Shown in pieces: positions 8,254-13,095 of a DNA stretch of 13,095 bases (its first letter is position 1; each line of letters begins with the position of its first letter). The stretch is from assembly GCA_963977445.1 (NCBI GenBank), contig CAXBPH010000201.1, positions 1 through 13,095 of the forward strand, in the 5' to 3' direction. The notes beneath the pieces were generated by a model that did not search any database, was not told where the DNA came from, and worked only from the letters and a program-made list of their open reading frames with translations. The DNA comes from an uncultured bacterium. GTDB taxonomy: Bacteria > Hydrogenedentota > Hydrogenedentia > Hydrogenedentales > JAEUWI01. Made by a program: the position numbers and the translations under genes.

Positions 8254-8325
8254 ACACGGGTAGCTCAGTTTGGTTAGAGCATCGGCCACAAGCCGACAGT
8301 CGCGGGTTCGATTCCCGTCCCACAC
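8254..8325 (+). ncRNA. tRNA-like unit 2 (5-nt anticodon loop, 3-bp acceptor)
   Basis: TA-GCTC-AGTTTGGTTA-GAGC D-arm, TCGGC-CACAA-GCCGA stem, CAGTC variable region, GCGGG-TTCGATT-CCCGT T-arm. The acceptor pairs only GGG/CCC. Confidence 0.78.
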
Positions 8326-8803
8326 TCTTGAAACGAGTGCACCGTTCCGCAAGGAACACCAGAAGCCTCGAAGGAGGCGGTTTGCGTCTGAATGCCGTCG
8401 CACGGGAAGCCCATGAAGCCCGTCTACCGTGAACCTTTGTGGTCACGGGGAACGAAGCAGATCGGGCCGCCGGGCGACAACAGGCAAGACACCATGCGGC
8501 CGTTGGCGTTCGACTACGGACGAAACATTGGGATGTGCTGCCGAAAGCCCCTGCCAAGGCAAGGCTATCTTCAGCATCGGAACAATGGACCCCCTTGGGG
8601 GGGCGAGATGCTCCGGCAACTCACCCGAAATCCGCAGCGTATCCACCGGCCCCGTGTCGACCCCGTGCAATCAGGCACAGACCGTCTCCTGACGGGCCAA
8701 CTAACAAGCGGCTGACTGGCTATCCACAGGATGCCAGCGACCATAGAAATCACTTCGGTGATGCAATAAAAATCCGGAAATATCCCAGGAAAGGAGGAAC
8801 ATC

Positions 8804-9937
8804 ATGATACATACCATCGCAACCCTTGCACGGCACACATGGACCCGCGTCCGCGTGCGGAAACACGAAATCGGACTGCTCTTCAAGGATAACGCCTTCG
8901 AGGCCATCCTCGAGGCGGGAGCACACCACTTTTTCGACCCCTGCGGTCGCCTCATGGTGAACCTCCTGGACGAGCGAAGTGCCGTGTGGACCCATCCCTA
9001 TATGGATGAGGTAATCAAGGCAGGTGCTTTTGAAAACCGGGCTCTGGTGCTGGACTTGAAGGAGAATGAGCGGGCCATCGTGACGGTGGACGGCATGATC
9101 CGACTGGTTCTCGACGCCGGGCGGCACGTCGTACCCAATACCCTGAAAACAGTAACCGCGGAAGTGCTAAGCACCGATGAGATTCGCTTCAACCATGCCC
9201 GGATGAATGCGATCCTCAACACCGGTGGTACGGCGGCTATCTTCAGCGTCCATCAGGTTGAAACCGGTCAAGCGGGCCTCCTGTATGTCGACGGCGTGTA
9301 TCAGGATACGCTGACATCCGGGCGTCATGTCTTCTTCAAAAAAGTGGGTGTCGTCAAAATTCAGATGGTCGACCTGCGGGAGCGGGTGCTCGATGTCGGT
9401 GGCCAGGACATCATTACGGAAGACAAGGTCTCCATCCGCCTGAACGCCGTGGTGGCCTACCGGGTGACGGACGCCCGACGTTTTGATGAAGCGACGGAGG
9501 ACGGAGGCCAGACCCTCTATCGGGACACCCAGCTCGCACTGCGGGCAACGGTAGGTACACGCAACCTGGATACGCTGCTGGCGGAAAAGGATGCTGTCAC
9601 CCAGGAACTCGCAGAAACCCTGCGGGCCCGGGCCGAGCAGCTGGGATGCGTGGTGCTCAATGTGGGTATCCGGGACATTATCCTTCCCGGTGACATGAAG
9701 GACCTGATGAACAAGGTTACCGAAGCGAAAAAGGTGGCGGAAGCCAACCTCATCGTCCGGCGCGAAGAAACGGCAGCCATGCGGAGCCAGGTAAACACGG
9801 CGAAGCTGCTGGAAAACAACCCCACGCTCATGCGACTTCGTGAGCTGGAAGTACTGGAAAAAATCGCAGGCCAGAATAAGCTCAAAATCATGTTGGGCGA
9901 AAAAGGCCTCAGCGAGCGGGTGATGAACCTGCTCTAA
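8804..9937 (+). CDS. SPFH/Band-7 domain 'slipin' family protein
   Basis: AGGAGG RBS at 8792-8797. Three repeated N-terminal beta modules (EIGLLFKD..LEAGAH, ERAIVTVDG..LDAGRH, QAGLLYVDG..LTSGRH), then SPFH core VDLRE..GQDIITEDKVSIRLN, QLALRATVG..LDTLL, GIRDIILPG, RREETAAMRS, NPTLMRLRELE. Confidence 0.92.
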   Translation: MIHTIATLARHTWTRVRVRKHEIGLLFKDNAFEAILEAGAHHFFDPCGRLMVNLLDERSAVWTHPYMDEVIKAGAFENRALVLDLKENERAIVTVDGMIRLVLDAGRHVVPNTLKTVTAEVLSTDEIRFNHARMNAILNTGGTAAIFSVHQVETGQAGLLYVDGVYQDTLTSGRHVFFKKVGVVKIQMVDLRERVLDVGGQDIITEDKVSIRLNAVVAYRVTDARRFDEATEDGGQTLYRDTQLALRATVGTRNLDTLLAEKDAVTQELAETLRARAEQLGCVVLNVGIRDIILPGDMKDLMNKVTEAKKVAEANLIVRREETAAMRSQVNTAKLLENNPTLMRLRELEVLEKIAGQNKLKIMLGEKGLSERVMNLL

Positions 9938-9977
9938 CACGAGCAGGTTGACGTGGGCTGTGGCAGTCCGGGGACGG

Positions 9978-10020
9978 GCCGCTTCCGGTGTTCTTTAGAG
10001 CACCGGGAGCGGCTATTTTC
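9978..10020 (+). terminator. Terminator hairpin closing the RtcR-dependent unit
   Basis: 16-bp stem GCCGCTTCCGGTGTTC-TTTA-GAGCACCGGGAGCGGC (two G:U pairs) followed by TATTTTC. Confidence 0.8.
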
Positions 10021-10281
10021 ATTCCTACGGTCGCCAAACCGCACAGGTTGGCGAACTCATTAAACCCAGCGAGTCGAAGGATATCGCCGTTCTCGTTCAC
10101 ACCCGGGAACCGGGCAGAAACCCTCAGGACGGGCTGCACGGGCGGGTATTCCTGTGGGAACGATGAATCAGCGAGGTGCGGGCGGAGCGCCAAACAACGG
10201 AACCCGCTGTGCCCGAGTAATGGTTGGAACCCAAAAGGGAAAATTCACTTCCATCCAAACGTGCCCCGAAGCGGTCATTTA

Positions 10282-10290
10282 TGCTACAAT
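10282..10290 (+). promoter_or_regulatory. Extended -10 sigma-70 promoter candidate for the helicase
   Basis: TGCTACAAT matches TGn-TACAAT, about 70 bp upstream of ATG 10363. Confidence 0.45.
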
Positions 10291-10362
10291 CCCTCTCCTT
10301 AAGCCGAAGTGGGCAACGGCAGTTTTATACGCCCCGAATACCAAGGATGGAACACGCCATAC

Positions 10363-13044
10363 ATGCGACATGCTTTACGACTTTCCCCCGGCGGGCAATT
10401 GCGCTGGGAGTCGCTACTTGACGATGCCAAAGGCCTCGCGCCTCTACAACAGCGATTTTCTGAAGACTGGCGGGTCGGTTTGTTTGCCCTCGCGGCAGAT
10501 AAACTTTCGGTGGATACCTATCCCACGTTGCTCTTCTGGCAGGAATTTTCCAGCCATTTTCTCACGACCCTGTGCCACATCCCCGGCAATACGGATGAGG
10601 TGGTGGTACCCCGACTCAGTGATGAAGAAATAGAGTCCATTGTGCTTCATGCGCCGCCCATGACGGGTGGCGAGTATCTATCCGTAACGATGCTGGGGCG
10701 CATCTGGAAGTCTCTCGAAACCTGGGTGAATGATCGGGCTGCCCTTGATGGCGGACTGGAAGCCTTTCTGCGCCAGCATGCGCCCGCGTGGCACAAAGTC
10801 GGCATGGTCTGTTTCCAATTGGCCGAAAACCCATCGGACTCCGGTCGGCCCTTCGCCTATATGGCCACCTATACACCGGGATTTAACGCGGCAGGCAACC
10901 TGAAGCACCTCCCCCTCCGTAGTGCCATCGAACAATTCACCGAATCAGGCAATGAATCTGCCTTGCAGAAGCTGCTCAACCCCGTCCGTCTGGCCGGCAA
11001 GCGCTGCCCCTGGGTTAAAGATCTGCTGGAGTCGGGCGAGGTCTATGAGGCGTGCGCCTGGACGACTCCCGAAGCCTATCGGCTATTGCAGGACGCGGAA
11101 GTGCTTGAAGAATGTGGTTTGGCCCTGCGACTTCCCGATTGGTGGAAAAAGCGGGCCCGTCCTCAGGTGGCCGTGACCATTGGTGACGAAACCATGACCG
11201 CCATGGGTGCCTCCGCACTCCTGGACTTCAAGATGGATATCGCCCTGGGCGATGAACATCTCACCGACGACGAAGTAAACGACTTGCTCCTGGGTGATGA
11301 TGGACTGGTCCTTTTGAAAGGCCAATGGATTGAGGTAGACAAGGCCAAGCTCAATGAAGCCCTGGCCCATTGGCGGGCCATCGAAGAGACCGTCAAAGAT
11401 GGTGAAATCGATTTTATAGAGGGAATGCGTCTCTTGGCGGGTGCTTCCAAAGATCTCACCGCCGAAGTAGAGGCCGACGACGATCACGACTGGGTCCATA
11501 TCACGGCAGGTACGGCCATGCGCGAGCTACTGGCCAACCTCCACGACCCAGCCAATCTGGACACCCTGAATGCACCGGAAGGCCTCAAGGCCACCCTGCG
11601 CCCCTATCAGCATGACGGCCTCGCCTGGCTCCACCTCTTGAGCGAGCTCGGCCTTGGTGCCTGTCTGGCAGACGACATGGGCCTGGGTAAAACCGTCCAG
11701 GTCCTGGCAGCACTCCTTTGTCGGCGACGGGACGAACGGGCGGACACCCTGCCCCCCGCGCTCCTCATTGTGCCCGCATCACTCCTGGGCAACTGGAAGA
11801 ACGAATCGAACCAGTTCACACCGGCCCTGCGAATTTCCATTCTTCACGCTTCCGAAATGGACCCCGAAGAAATGGATGTGCTCGCGGACGAAGAAGACCC
11901 CAATCGCTTTGCCAATATCGACGTCCTCATGACGACCTACGGCATGATTACCCGACTGGATTGGCTCCAGAACCTCGTGTGGGACATGCTAATCCTCGAC
12001 GAAGCCCAGGCCATCAAAAATCCGGGCACCCGTCAGAGCAAGACCATCAAGAAGTTACAGGCCCGCTCCCGGGTTGCCCTTACCGGTACGCCCATTGAAA
12101 ACCGCCTGGGTGACCTGTGGTCCCTCTTCGATTTCCTGAATCCCGGCCTCCTCGGCTCGGCCAGTGTCTTCAAGACCTTCCTGAAGGGCCTCCGCGCCCG
12201 GGAGCATGATCACTATGCGCCCCTGCGCCGCCTGGTCAACCCCTATATCCTTCGGCGGCTCAAGACCGACCGCAGCATCATTGCCGATCTGCCGGACAAG
12301 ACAGAGACGACCCGGTACTGCAATCTTTCCAAGACACAGGTACGCCTTTACCAGAAAACCGTGAACGCCATGACGCGCGCCCTCGAGCATGCCGATGGAA
12401 TTTCACGTCGTGGCCTGGTCTTGCAGACCCTCATGCGCCTCAAGCAGATTTGTAACCATCCGAGCCAGCTTTCGGGTGACGGAGAATACCGCGCCAGCCA
12501 CAGTGGCAAGTTTCAGCGCCTCGCCGAGATCTGCGAAGAACTCGCCGAACGCCAGGAACGTGTGTTGGTCTTCACCCAGTTTCGCGAAATCATCCCGGCA
12601 TTGGAAGAGCATCTGGCCGAAGTGTTTGGCCGTCGCGGCCTCGCCCTCCACGGCGGCACGGCCGTCGGCAAACGCCGCACCCTCGTTGACCGTTTCCAGG
12701 AAGATGACGGTCCGCCCTTCTTCATCCTGTCCATCAAGGCAGGCGGCACCGGGCTGAATCTCACCGCAGCGTCACACGTCATTCACTTTGACCGCTGGTG
12801 GAACCCTGCTGTGGAAAATCAGGCCACCGACCGGGCCTTCCGAATCGGACAGAAGAAAAATGTGCTCGTCCACAAGTTTGTCACCCTCGGAACAGTGGAA
12901 GAACGCATCGACACCCTTATCGAGGAAAAGCGCCACCTGGCCGACGAAATCCTGAGTAGCGATGGTGAAATCAACCTGACCGAATTGGGCGACGACGAAC
13001 TACTCGAATTGGTCCGACTCGACGTAAACCGCGCGACGGTGTAA
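10363..13044 (+). CDS. SNF2/SWI2-family DEAD/DEAH-box helicase
   Basis: LRPYQHDG, LADDMGLGKT, ILDEAQAIKN, LTGTPIENRL, LRRLKTD, LVFTQF, AGGTGLNLTAASHVIHFDRWWNPAVENQATDRAFRIGQ. ATG 10363 is preferred over GTG 10309, but the start is uncertain. Confidence 0.95.
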   Translation: MRHALRLSPGGQLRWESLLDDAKGLAPLQQRFSEDWRVGLFALAADKLSVDTYPTLLFWQEFSSHFLTTLCHIPGNTDEVVVPRLSDEEIESIVLHAPPMTGGEYLSVTMLGRIWKSLETWVNDRAALDGGLEAFLRQHAPAWHKVGMVCFQLAENPSDSGRPFAYMATYTPGFNAAGNLKHLPLRSAIEQFTESGNESALQKLLNPVRLAGKRCPWVKDLLESGEVYEACAWTTPEAYRLLQDAEVLEECGLALRLPDWWKKRARPQVAVTIGDETMTAMGASALLDFKMDIALGDEHLTDDEVNDLLLGDDGLVLLKGQWIEVDKAKLNEALAHWRAIEETVKDGEIDFIEGMRLLAGASKDLTAEVEADDDHDWVHITAGTAMRELLANLHDPANLDTLNAPEGLKATLRPYQHDGLAWLHLLSELGLGACLADDMGLGKTVQVLAALLCRRRDERADTLPPALLIVPASLLGNWKNESNQFTPALRISILHASEMDPEEMDVLADEEDPNRFANIDVLMTTYGMITRLDWLQNLVWDMLILDEAQAIKNPGTRQSKTIKKLQARSRVALTGTPIENRLGDLWSLFDFLNPGLLGSASVFKTFLKGLRAREHDHYAPLRRLVNPYILRRLKTDRSIIADLPDKTETTRYCNLSKTQVRLYQKTVNAMTRALEHADGISRRGLVLQTLMRLKQICNHPSQLSGDGEYRASHSGKFQRLAEICEELAERQERVLVFTQFREIIPALEEHLAEVFGRRGLALHGGTAVGKRRTLVDRFQEDDGPPFFILSIKAGGTGLNLTAASHVIHFDRWWNPAVENQATDRAFRIGQKKNVLVHKFVTLGTVEERIDTLIEEKRHLADEILSSDGEINLTELGDDELLELVRLDVNRATV

Positions 13045-13052
13045 TCGGGGAC

Positions 13053-13068
13053 GACACGGGGACTGCAC
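13053..13068 (+). repeat. Degenerate copy of the REP-like motif from 404-1378
   Basis: GACACGGGGACTGCAC compared with GACACCCGGGGACTGCAC at 1146-1163, located just after a stop codon. Confidence 0.55.
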
Positions 13069-13095
13069 GAATGGCGCTTACTTAAGGCCTCTTTT

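Larger units (their letters stand above)
7957..8765 (+). ncRNA. Putative large structured non-coding RNA or RNA cluster transcribed from the RtcR/sigma-54 promoter
   Basis: No credible ORF. Many hairpins: 7959-7982, 8055-8073, 8323-8339, 8344-8357 (GCAA loop), 8365-8378, 8427-8448, 8716-8737, 8749-8762 (TTCG loop). Long-range helices 8171-8178/8356-8363 and 8078-8083/8384-8389. Boundaries are approximate. Confidence 0.6.

Noticed and set aside
8187..8325. Functional tRNA-Asp(ATC) and a second standard tRNA
   Set aside because: Non-canonical linkers, a 5-nt anticodon loop, a broken acceptor stem and no CCA. Reported as tRNA-like instead.
8297..8325. tmRNA 3' end
   Set aside because: The T-arm is preceded by a full D-arm and stem, there is no CCA end, and no tag reading frame is evident.
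8500..8530. Hammerhead ribozyme (GGACGAAAC)
   Set aside because: No CUGANGA core is suitably placed.
8508..8639. Group I intron core (R-like GTTCGACTAC, Q-like AATCCGCAGC)
   Set aside because: The elements are in the wrong order and no P or S element was found.
7695..8807. ORFs of 60-143 aa in the rtcR-slipin interval
   Set aside because: No convincing RBS, Arg/Pro-rich composition, and overlap with the promoter and tRNA-like structures.
10020..10280. Riboswitch or sRNA upstream of the helicase
   Set aside because: Only weak GC-rich pairings and no recognisable conserved motif.

Overview
GC-rich bacterial genomic window; the (Glu-Gly)n tract suggests Candidatus Hydrogenedentes or a relative (inference). 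In order: (1) the 3' end of an EG-repeat/EF-hand protein with a hydrophobic C-terminal tail; (2) a ~1 kb modular array of REP-like inverted-repeat doublets; (3) xylA; (4) a membrane-anchored MsrB-MsrA fusion with a CRP/Rex-like palindrome over its predicted promoter; (5) a DUF481-type beta-barrel and a 41-aa small ORF; (6) rtcR on the minus strand, divergent from a sigma-54 promoter; (7) ~850 nt of non-coding, hairpin-dense sequence containing two abutting aberrant tRNA-like units; (8) an SPFH/Band-7 (slipin) gene with terminator; (9) a SNF2-family helicase. The most notable element is the RtcR/sigma-54 unit. It has no rtcB, rtcA or Ro60/TROVE gene and appears to express a large structured RNA with embedded tRNA or Y-RNA mimics plus a Band-7 protein. 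All structures were folded by eye and no searches were run.
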